From IMG/VR virus record IMGVR_UViG_3300037423_000420, positions 1 through 35,847 of that record: 35,847 nucleotides of DNA, one strand, 5' to 3'. Positions 26,101 through 33,293 of the stretch are shown here, one piece after another. Numbering within the stretch: the first letter of the stretch is position 1; each line of letters opens with the position of its first letter. The stretch is from a virus (lineage: Duplodnaviria; Caudoviricetes). Below the pieces are notes generated by a model, which had not been told where the DNA came from, did no database searches, and saw nothing but the letters and a program-made list of their open reading frames with translations. Made by a program: the position numbers and the translations under genes.

Positions 26101-26616
26101 TTACGGGACGATCTGCCAGTCTTCGGCCAGCATGTCGGTCTGCGATGCGAGCCAACCCATCAGGATGCGGTTGTCGGCCGTTTTCATGAGGATGCAGGGC
26201 AGAACTTCGGCACCGCCGCCGTTCTCGGTGCGCGCCCATTCGCTGGCGTTCTTCGACCAGAAGTTCTCGAAGGCGATGTTGCGCGGGTTGGTCGTGCTAC
26301 CGGACAGCGAGATCCACATGCCCTTGCCGTTCCAGCCAGCTCGCGCGACCTTCGCGCCGCGCTTCATGGCTTCCAGGGCCAGGCCGAAGGTCATGGCGTC
26401 GCAGGGGCGGTAGGCGTTGTCGAACGCTGCCTTCGGGGTCCAGCTCACGTAGCCGGCACGGCCCGGGACGTTCGGTTTGCCGTCCGACTCGTACTCGACC
26501 AGGTAGCCCGCGTCCGCGCCGTTCTCGTCCGCAGGCAGCTGCCAGCCGCGGAAGGCGACATACGCCGCCCTAGTCATGGCCTCGGCGATGATGATCTTCG
26601 TTCCGATGAATCGCAT
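26101..26616 (-). CDS. DUF2829/Tad2-family anti-defence sponge protein with an extra N-terminal domain
   Basis: C-terminal MTFGLALEAMKRGAKVARAGWNGKGM...MKTADN..GWLASQTDMLAEDW; start could be 26625. Confidence 0.85.
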   Translation of the reverse strand: MRFIGTKIIIAEAMTRAAYVAFRGWQLPADENGADAGYLVEYESDGKPNVPGRAGYVSWTPKAAFDNAYRPCDAMTFGLALEAMKRGAKVARAGWNGKGMWISLSGSTTNPRNIAFENFWSKNASEWARTENGGGAEVLPCILMKTADNRILMGWLASQTDMLAEDWQIVP

Positions 26617-26674
26617 GTGTTGCATCCCTTTCAAGGTGTGGTGCTGCGGTTTTGCGCTCGCGCGCGAAGTGGTC

Positions 26675-27427
26675 TCAGGTGGCCTCGGTCGCCAGAGCGT
26701 CGCGGGCCATCTGCACGGTGGTCGGCGTCAGCTTCTCGCCTGCTGCTGCGCGCTCGAGCACGCGTCGGGCCCAGCCCAAACGGTCTGCGGGCGGCTCGCG
26801 GTTGATGACCTTGCCGACCAGGGTGCCGATCAGGGCCTTGGCTTTCTCGCACGTGGTCAGCGACTGGCCTGGCGCGGTGAGCTCGAACACCGGTTCGGGG
26901 ATCTCGGCCAGCTCGGCCTTGTCCAGCTGCTGCTGAAGCGCGGTCTCCCATCGCACCTTCACGGCGCTGAAGGTCTGTTCGCGCAGCTCTCGGCGCATCG
27001 ACCATGCGGCCCAGAAGATCGCCGGGTGTGACCAGGTACCGAACTCGCCCTTCCCTCGGGCTTCCAGACCGGCGACGGCCTCGTAGTAGGCGCGCATCGG
27101 GTCGACGTGCGGCCGGCAGGCCTGGATGAACTCGGCGCAGCTGGGCGGCCATGCGAAGCGGCGGCGGCATTCGCGCAGGCCGACCTTCACGTCGTTCGGG
27201 GTGATGCCCTCTTCCTCGAAGGCTTCGACCCAGCTTTCGGCCCAGTTGTCGATGGCCTGCTGGTTCGTGAAGTTCGAACGCCACTTGTGCGGGTAGGCGC
27301 CGTCCAGGCGGTTGAACAGGTGGTCGATGAACGCGATGCCCAGGGCCGGTACCGGATCGAACCACTGCGAGAACGGGCGCGTGCTGGGCGATGCGGGCTG
27401 GTCGTGAATCTCGGCGAGGTTCGTCAT
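26675..27427 (-). CDS. Replication protein P-like (helicase loader)
   Basis: Follows initiator; W...F...GIT...VKVGL..CR...WPPSCAEFIQAC, WSHPAIFWA. Confidence 0.75.
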   Translation of the reverse strand: MTNLAEIHDQPASPSTRPFSQWFDPVPALGIAFIDHLFNRLDGAYPHKWRSNFTNQQAIDNWAESWVEAFEEEGITPNDVKVGLRECRRRFAWPPSCAEFIQACRPHVDPMRAYYEAVAGLEARGKGEFGTWSHPAIFWAAWSMRRELREQTFSAVKVRWETALQQQLDKAELAEIPEPVFELTAPGQSLTTCEKAKALIGTLVGKVINREPPADRLGWARRVLERAAAGEKLTPTTVQMARDALATEAT

Positions 27428-28440
27428 GGGGCTCTCCGGTTGCGGTTGACGTGGGCGATCGGGTCGAACTTCTCAGGGCGGCCAGCCGGCGCGGTGCGCA
27501 CGGGCGCGTCCTGCGCTTCTGGAGCCTGCAGCAGCTGCTCCACGATCGGGAACAGGTAGCCCAGTGGGACCGGGCTGTCGCCTTTCGCGGCCTTCGCCTT
27601 TGCGATGGCGCGGTTCAGCACGTCGTCCGTCACCTTCGGGTTCTGGGCCCAGGTCACGGCCACTACCGGGTTCTGCGCGGTGGTCTGGATGCCCTGTGCG
27701 CGCAGCAGCAGCGCGATCTGGACGTTGCGGTCGGCGGGCAGTGGCGCCTCGACCGGGTGGTCGTGATCCCCAGGCGGATCCTCGGGCGGCGTAGTTGGCG
27801 GTTGAGCAGACGAGGATGTATTTAATTCTCCCTGTCCCTGTCCCTGTCCTTCTCCCTGTCCCTTAAGAGAGTTTTCCGGTGGATTTCCAGATTCGTCGTC
27901 GTGCTTTCCAGCGGAATCACCAGCGCTTTCCGGCGGAATTCCTTTCGATTCCGTTGGAATGTTGTCAGGAGCGCTACCCGGTTCCGGCGGAAGAGTCAGC
28001 AGCGGACGGCCCTCAGCCTCACGCTGTTTGTTGGATTTCCTGATGCGGTCGCACTCTTTCTTCCATTGGTGATGCACCTTCGCCTTCCAGCTTTCCAGCG
28101 CTTTCTCGGCGACGACAGGGTGATACAGGCGACCGTCGGCGCACTTGATCCAGCCGTGCAGCGCGCCCTCGCGGACGGTCGCCCATTCCTTGACCACGCG
28201 GCCGTAGCCGGCGGCCTTGGCCAGGAAGCGGTCGTCGTCCGGAAGGGATGCGGCGGGCACCTGATGCCAGGCAGCGCTCCAGAGAAGCACCGCGGCCCAG
28301 CATGCCTCGGGGGATTCGTATGCGGCCATGTCGCTGTCGCGCAGGCGCGCGACGTCCAGCGGCATGAAGGCGAAGTCCTGCAGGTTGCACTCGGCCGGGG
28401 TGAGCGGCGCCGGCAGCGCGCCTTCGGCGTGATTTGTCAT
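27424..28440 (-). CDS. Replication initiator (DUF1376/YdaU-like)
   Basis: FAFMPLDVARLRDSD, WHQVPAASLPDDD, DGRLYHPVV; internal iterons; ATGA overlap. Confidence 0.8.
   Translation of the reverse strand: MTNHAEGALPAPLTPAECNLQDFAFMPLDVARLRDSDMAAYESPEACWAAVLLWSAAWHQVPAASLPDDDRFLAKAAGYGRVVKEWATVREGALHGWIKCADGRLYHPVVAEKALESWKAKVHHQWKKECDRIRKSNKQREAEGRPLLTLPPEPGSAPDNIPTESKGIPPESAGDSAGKHDDESGNPPENSLKGQGEGQGQGQGELNTSSSAQPPTTPPEDPPGDHDHPVEAPLPADRNVQIALLLRAQGIQTTAQNPVVAVTWAQNPKVTDDVLNRAIAKAKAAKGDSPVPLGYLFPIVEQLLQAPEAQDAPVRTAPAGRPEKFDPIAHVNRNRRAP
27820..27992. repeat. Probable replication origin: palindromic TTCC-N3-GGAA iterons, CCCTGT hexamer repeats and a short AT patch
   Basis: Iterons at 27874, 27906, 27928, 27949 and 27982 inside the initiator gene. 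Confidence 0.75.
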
Positions 28441-28640
28441 GGTGGGCATCCCATCAGCTCGCGGGCCGCCCATTGGCGGTCCTGCTGCTGCTCGGCCTGG
28501 GCCTCACGCCAGCCAGCTTGCCAATCGGCGACGGCCGGCGACATCCAGTTCATGTGGTGGTCATCGACGCCGCGGCCATCGTAGAAGGCCTGGGCGCCGC
28601 GTGCGCGCATTTCTTGGCGGGAGACGATCTGTTCCATCAA
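28437..28640 (-). CDS. Hypothetical protein
   Basis: Overlap-coupled to both neighbours; GGAAGGA RBS. Confidence 0.6.
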   Translation of the reverse strand: MMEQIVSRQEMRARGAQAFYDGRGVDDHHMNWMSPAVADWQAGWREAQAEQQQDRQWAARELMGCPP

Positions 28641-28828
28641 TCCTTCCCCTCGGGCTTGCGGTACTGCTCGACCGCTTCCGCCAGCTCGTTGCCGCTCTGC
28701 TCGTAGCGTCCAGCTGCGCGCGCCTTCTCGCTGGCCGGCGCGTGCGCTACAGCCTTGCGGCGGTCGTACCAGGTGCAGGCTTTCGCCAGCACCTTTGTCG
28801 CCGCGTAGTTGTCTGTCGTTGTTGTCAT
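28637..28828 (-). CDS. Hypothetical protein
   Basis: GAGAG RBS; fits the operon. Confidence 0.6.
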   Translation of the reverse strand: MTTTTDNYAATKVLAKACTWYDRRKAVAHAPASEKARAAGRYEQSGNELAEAVEQYRKPEGKD

Positions 28829-28902
28829 AGCTTTACTTTCTCTCTTGGCCCTGGGCGAACCCGGGCTATTTGCTCACCGTCTCATGGCGTAGGCGGAAGC
28901 CG

Positions 28903-29166
28903 TTAAAGATGCCTCCGGCCGTTGCTTACGCCGCGGGCCCGGCCAGCCAGTCGACCGGGACCCGGACATCCTCGGGATTCCCGGCCACGCGGCGGGGTCG
29001 TACCATGCGTGCGCACGGTCGATGCCGCTTGCGCCGCGGCGTGGTAAAGACTGCGGAGGAAAGGGCTGCGGCCCAGACCTCCGCGGATAGCATCCAGTCC
29101 AGCCACTTCGCCTTCGTTCAGCAGAACTTCGACGGTGACGGTGCGGGTTGCGGGGTTCAAGCTCAT
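28903..29166 (-). CDS. Ribbon-helix-helix-like protein at the cII position
   Basis: AAGGAG RBS; RTVTVEVLLNEGEVAGLD...GRSPFLRSL beta-alpha-alpha pattern. Confidence 0.55.
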   Translation of the reverse strand: MSLNPATRTVTVEVLLNEGEVAGLDAIRGGLGRSPFLRSLYHAAAQAASTVRTHGTTPPRGRESRGCPGPGRLAGRARGVSNGRRHL

Positions 29167-29257
29167 GGTGTTTCTCCTTGGTGGTGCGGATTACGAGGAC
29201 GGCCAACTGGCCGGGGTACTGCTGGGCAAATGCCCATGTGCAACTTTTTGGGCGTAG

Positions 29258-29282
29258 AAAAAGCCGCAGGGTTATTGCGGCT
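29258..29282 (-). terminator. tR1-like terminator at the end of cro
   Basis: AGCCGCA-ATAACCC-TGCGGCT followed by TTTT. Confidence 0.7.
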
Positions 29283-29508
29283 GAGATTCGGTAGCGATGA
29301 TTTGCGGTGGGTCCCCGAAAACAGCGGGGTTCAGCTCGTAACGTGTGACTTGGCCGTCCAGCTTGGCTTCGACCTCGCGGCAACGTTCGCCAGGGACAGC
29401 GCCCTGGGCCGCCCATTTCTGGATGGCCTGCGGTGTCAGTCCGAGGAGGTTGCCCAGCGCGGTCTGACTTCCAGCTAAACGAATGGCTTTTGCGATTCCG
29501 GTTTCCAT
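29272..29508 (-). CDS. cro: Cro-like repressor (YdaS family)
   Basis: AIRLAGSQTALGNLLGLTPQAIQKW...VTRYELNPAVFG; divergent from cI. Confidence 0.9.
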   Translation of the reverse strand: METGIAKAIRLAGSQTALGNLLGLTPQAIQKWAAQGAVPGERCREVEAKLDGQVTRYELNPAVFGDPPQIIATESQPQ

Positions 29509-29531
29509 AGGGTTGGTCTGTAGTTGTGGGT

Positions 29532-29606
29532 TACAACCCTAGGTTACATCACGGCGCCTTTCATTACAACTTATTTTTGCAGTGAATTCTACAACTAAGC
29601 CTTGTA
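29532..29606. promoter_or_regulatory. OR operator region: three 17-bp TACAAC-N6-TTRYA sites
   Basis: 29532 TACAACCCTAGGTTACA; 29565 TACAACTTATTTTTGCA; 29590 TACAACTAAGCCTTGTA. Confidence 0.8.
29541..29569 (-). promoter_or_regulatory. PR-like promoter for cro
   Basis: TTGTAA-17 bp-TAACCT on the minus strand, overlapped by two operators. Confidence 0.7.
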
Positions 29607-29616
29607 ATATGGATGT

Positions 29617-30342
29617 GTGGAAAATATGGCAAAGCGATTAACGGACCTGTTACAGGCCAAAAACGGCGGCAACCAATCCGAGATGGCGCGGTACATCGGT
29701 GTGACCCCTCAGGCTGTCCAGAAGTGGATGGCAGGCATCACTGAACCCCGCGGTAAAAACCTCGAGATGGCTGCCGAGTTCCTGGGCGTGACGCCGGCAC
29801 ATCTGAAGTTCGGGATCCAGAGCGATGCAGCTGGCGCGGCTGAGCAGAAGCAGACCGACCCGGTCAGCGGCCTTCGGCCCGGCAGCTTCATGCGCGTGGA
29901 GGGTGCTGATCAAGACGATCCCAGGTTGACGATCATTCCGAAGGTGCGGCTCCGCCTCACGGCAGGCCTCAGCGGCTTCGAGGTCGAGCCGGAACCCTAT
30001 GACGGCGGGTCGACCACCGTGCCGACAGATTGGATCGAGCGAAACGGGTATTCGCGCGCCAAGCTGATCGCCATAACGGTGCGCGGCGAAAGCATGGAGC
30101 CGACTTTCTATGAAGGCGACCTAGTCGTGATCAATACGGCTGATATTCAACCCGTCGCCGGCGCTGTATATGCTGTGAATTACGAAGGTGAACCTGCAAT
30201 TAAGCGTCTGGCACGCGATGCAGGGCGTTGGTGGCTGGTTTCCGATAATGTCGATCAGCGCAGGTATTACCGCCAATCATTTCAAAGCGATACGTCGCAA
30301 ATTATTGGTCGGGTAGTAAGGAAGGAAACAGAAAGGTTTTAA
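29617..30342 (+). CDS. cI: CI-like repressor (XRE HTH + S24 autopeptidase)
   Basis: NQSEMARYIGVTPQAVQKW HTH; Ala-Gly cleavage site (LTAG); VRGESMEP Ser; IKRL Lys; start 29617 (GTG) or 29626. Confidence 0.95.
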   Translation: MENMAKRLTDLLQAKNGGNQSEMARYIGVTPQAVQKWMAGITEPRGKNLEMAAEFLGVTPAHLKFGIQSDAAGAAEQKQTDPVSGLRPGSFMRVEGADQDDPRLTIIPKVRLRLTAGLSGFEVEPEPYDGGSTTVPTDWIERNGYSRAKLIAITVRGESMEPTFYEGDLVVINTADIQPVAGAVYAVNYEGEPAIKRLARDAGRWWLVSDNVDQRRYYRQSFQSDTSQIIGRVVRKETERF

Positions 30343-30617
30343 TGCTGCACTCGATTCAACGCCTGCGCGGAGTGCGCATGGCGATCGTACTTGTTGAGCC
30401 CAGGCAGCTGGGGTGGGACGTGGCTGGGCCTCTGCTGAGTGAGCTGCAGGCGAAGTTTCAGCTACCGGTAATACTAGTCGCACGTGATAACACGGCATGG
30501 AATAACGCCAGGTCGGTGGCTGAATTCGATTCGGTGCCCTATTTACTTGAATTGCTTGCACTCGGCGATATTGAGTGGACTGAAGCTAAGTTTGCTGAAC
30601 CAGAATTACCTTTTTAG
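30342..30617 (+). CDS. Hypothetical protein translationally coupled to cI
   Basis: TAATG overlap with cI stop; lower GC. Confidence 0.65.
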   Translation: MLHSIQRLRGVRMAIVLVEPRQLGWDVAGPLLSELQAKFQLPVILVARDNTAWNNARSVAEFDSVPYLLELLALGDIEWTEAKFAEPELPF

Positions 30618-30634
30618 ACGCACAAAAAGAATAT

Positions 30635-31015
30635 ATGAAAAAGATCGCGACTCTCATTACTGCAGTTTTGCTATCGGGTTGCATTTCTCAAGTTACGCTC
30701 ATTTCGCAAGATAGCCAACGATATGTAATGGCGGTCGATCAAATGGGCAAAAAGCTTTCCGTGAATATTGATGGAGTCGCATATACCGGTACGGCAGTCG
30801 GAAGCGACACAGTCGCGATCGGCCAGACCCAGACGTTCGGCCTGCGCCCATCCATGTCTACCTCGACCATCGTGGTGCCTGGCGCGACCGGCCAGGCCCT
30901 GCTGGTCGCCACCAGCGGCGAGTATCTGCAGTGCAGCTACGCCAAAGACGGCCGCACTGTAATTGGCAAGTGCGAGACCAACAAGGGCCGCCAGTTCGTA
31001 ATGACGAGCATGTAA
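30635..31015 (+). CDS. Lipoprotein (candidate superinfection exclusion)
   Basis: MKKIATLITAVLLSGC lipobox; two further Cys; in the immunity region. Confidence 0.75.
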   Translation: MKKIATLITAVLLSGCISQVTLISQDSQRYVMAVDQMGKKLSVNIDGVAYTGTAVGSDTVAIGQTQTFGLRPSMSTSTIVVPGATGQALLVATSGEYLQCSYAKDGRTVIGKCETNKGRQFVMTSM

Positions 31016-31265
31016 ATGCCGCTTGTATAGCGTGAAGAATCCGGGGTGATGCCCGGACTGCGGGCCATCAACCCGCTTAAGGTAAAGAGATGCGAGCCCC
31101 ACCTAAGGGGTGGACAAGCAATCGGTCTCCGCGCCGAACCAGTGCTGGCTGAGCCGGCGCTGGGGCCACCGCAGCTGCAGCTGCACCGGCTAGCGCCCGG
31201 CATGGCGCGATATAAATTCCGAAAGCCCATCAACGGTGCTGACGGGCGCCCGGTAAGCGCCAAGC

Positions 31266-31394
31266 ATGAGCGAGAGCAAAATGCGAAACGCCAAGCCGAA
31301 TGCAGTAAAGGTGAATTGGCTCGATGGCGTGGCCAAGGTAATTCGGGCGCTTGCCCAGTTGCTGCGGGTTCTCCACGACACCGACCTATTGTGA
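31266..31394 (+). CDS. Putative amphipathic micropeptide (27-42 aa), type I toxin-like
   Basis: MSESKMRNAKPNAVKVNWLDGVAKVIRALAQLLRVLHDTDLL; alternative starts 31281 (GAGAG upstream) and 31311; below the ORF-track cut-off. Confidence 0.4.
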   Translation: MSESKMRNAKPNAVKVNWLDGVAKVIRALAQLLRVLHDTDLL

Positions 31395-31400
31395 CCTGAA

Positions 31401-31431
31401 GGTGGCGGACTGGCTGCGCCGGTCCGCCATC
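31401..31431 (+). terminator. 14-bp hairpin after the micropeptide ORF
   Basis: GGTGGCGGACTGGC-tgc-GCCGGTCCGCCATC, G-U pairs on the + strand; no U-tract. Confidence 0.5.
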
Positions 31432-31542
31432 AACGACTCCACCTCACACCCATCAACTACAACCGCGATGTTACATCGCGCGTGCTCCCTACACTCTCCC
31501 CCCTGACGTTACAACCGTTCAAAGAGTTCTTTCGAGCTTGAT

Positions 31543-31592
31543 TACAACTTTTACTTGCAGTACTGTTCGGCTTGTTGTAACCTGACGTTGTA
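31543..31592 (+). promoter_or_regulatory. PL-like promoter with OL operators
   Basis: TTGCAG-17 bp-TAACCT (31555-31583); operators TACAACTTTTACTTGCA (31543) and TGTAACCTGACGTTGTA (31576) match the OR consensus. Confidence 0.75.
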
Positions 31593-31648
31593 GTTTGTTG
31601 AAACGCAGACAGCTCAGCATTCGCCGAGCAGCCGAACTGGAGAACACG

Positions 31649-31993
31649 ATGCGCCCCTTCCGCTTCAACCCCGCTGACCACGAAGACGCGATTGCCATTG
31701 CGACCGAAGCCGCCGCCAAGCGCCTGACCGAAGCCTTCCTGGCCGATCAACCGGCGACCAAGAAACTGATCCTCGACTGCCTCGGCGAAGCGCTGGCCGA
31801 CGACAACACCCTGGCCGAAGTGGCGCGCCGCGAGCTGGCCGGCGAGCCCGCCCTGGGCAAGCTGCTGGCCGACGTGATCCACGCCGAAGCCGAGCCGCTG
31901 GCCCTGCAAGAGGTCGAGGCCACCGCCCGCGCCCGCTACGCCGACTACGTCGACATGCTGGTCGACATCACCAAGGACCGCGCGCTGGCGTGA
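31649..31993 (+). CDS. Hypothetical protein, first gene of the PL operon
   Basis: GGAGA RBS; strong GC3 codon bias. Confidence 0.7.
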   Translation: MRPFRFNPADHEDAIAIATEAAAKRLTEAFLADQPATKKLILDCLGEALADDNTLAEVARRELAGEPALGKLLADVIHAEAEPLALQEVEATARARYADYVDMLVDITKDRALA

Positions 31994-32162
31994 CCGAACA
32001 GGAGCGCCGCGCCCCTCACAACGCGCGGCTTGCCTAATCCCGGGTCAATGCAAAGGGGGCCGCCTCGGTCGCAGAGGACGTAGCGCCTACGCAGCGCGGG
32101 CAGCCGGAGAGACGGCCCAAACAACCACCATGCCGGCGGCGCCGGCCAGAACGAGGAATAGC

Positions 32163-32369
32163 ATGGACGTCACTAACATCGCCCGCCGCCTGGTGCGCAA
32201 GCTCGCCAAGCCCTTCGCCCTGTGGCTGATCGAGCTGCAGATGGCCGAAGCCGAGGCGCACGCCGACCACTACATGGAGCTGCGCACCGACCTGGTCGGC
32301 ATGGAGCTCGACATGCGCAAGCAGGCCGTCGTGCTGGCCGAGCGCCGCAACCAGATCAGCACCTGGTAA
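32163..32369 (+). CDS. Hypothetical protein
   Basis: GAGGA RBS; 68 aa helical. Confidence 0.7.
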   Translation: MDVTNIARRLVRKLAKPFALWLIELQMAEAEAHADHYMELRTDLVGMELDMRKQAVVLAERRNQISTW

Positions 32370-32396
32370 CCCATCACCACCACCGAGGAAACGCCG

Positions 32397-32501
32397 ATGT
32401 TCCGCCACATTCTGAACCAGTACCGCCTGTCGCTGCGCGCCGGCTTCCAGCCGCGCAAAGCAATCACCCGCGCCGTGCGCACCTACGTCTACGGCTTTTA
32501 A
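32397..32501 (+). CDS. 34-aa basic peptide
   Basis: GAGGA RBS; MFRHILNQYRLSLRAGFQPRKAITRAVRTYVYGF; fills the gap before the recT-like gene; not in the ORF track. Confidence 0.6.
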   Translation: MFRHILNQYRLSLRAGFQPRKAITRAVRTYVYGF

Positions 32502-32515
32502 CCACGAAGGAAACC

Positions 32516-33283
32516 ATGAACGAACTGACCACCCAGGGCGAACCGACGTTTTCCCTTTCCCCGCGCAGCCTGGCCGAGGCCATGGAATTCGCCAAGATCA
32601 TCGCTTCTTCGGACATGGTGCCGAAGGACTACGTCAACAAGCCGGGCAACGTCCTGGTGGCGGTGCAGACCGGCGCCGAGCTGGGCCTGAAGCCGATGCA
32701 GTCGCTGCAGGGCATCTCGGTTATCAACGGCAGGCCCAGCATCTGGGGCGATGCGATGCGTGCGCTGGTTATCAGCCATCCCGAATTCGAGGATCTGCAC
32801 GAAGACAAGCAGGACACCCACTGCACGGTCACCTTGAAACGGCGCGGGCGCTCGGCGGTGGTCACCACGTTCACGATGGAAGACGCGAAGAAGGCCGGCC
32901 TGGCCGGGAAGTCGGGGCCGTGGCAGACCGCGCCCAAGCGGATGCTGCAGATGCGCGCGTTCGCCTTCGCCGCCCGCGACCTGTTCGCCGACGCCCTCAA
33001 GGGCATCAAGTCGACCGAGGAACTGCGCGACTACCCCGCAGATGAGCGCGTCGAGCGCGACATTACTCCTACGCCGGCCGCGGCCGCGGTGGCGGCGCCG
33101 GCCCGCCCGGAACTGCCAGTGTGCACGCCCGAGAAGTTCGCCGAGAACACCCCGGCTTGGCGCGACCTGATCCTGTCGGGGAAGAAGACGCCGGCGGCGC
33201 TGATCTCGATGCTCAGCACGAAAACCATCCTCAGCGAAGACCAGAAGCTCACGATCGACAGCTGGGCCCACGAAGGCGAATAA
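32516..33283 (+). CDS. recT: RecT-like single-strand annealing protein
   Basis: ASSDMVPKDY..KPGNVLVAVQTGAELGLKPMQSLQGISVINGRPSIW, PKRMLQMRA; upstream of exonuclease. Confidence 0.85.
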   Translation: MNELTTQGEPTFSLSPRSLAEAMEFAKIIASSDMVPKDYVNKPGNVLVAVQTGAELGLKPMQSLQGISVINGRPSIWGDAMRALVISHPEFEDLHEDKQDTHCTVTLKRRGRSAVVTTFTMEDAKKAGLAGKSGPWQTAPKRMLQMRAFAFAARDLFADALKGIKSTEELRDYPADERVERDITPTPAAAAVAAPARPELPVCTPEKFAENTPAWRDLILSGKKTPAALISMLSTKTILSEDQKLTIDSWAHEGE

Positions 33284-33293
33284 GGAGAACACT

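Noticed and set aside
27828-27864. CCCTGT tandem hexamers as a contingency or VNTR locus
   Set aside because: In-frame GQGEGQ linker typical of phage initiator genes next to the origin.
31046-31399. 117-aa + ORF and 63-aa - ORF (31190-31381) from the ORF track
   Set aside because: No RBS or recognisable features; the short + frame peptide and RNA structure explain the region better, though they are not excluded.
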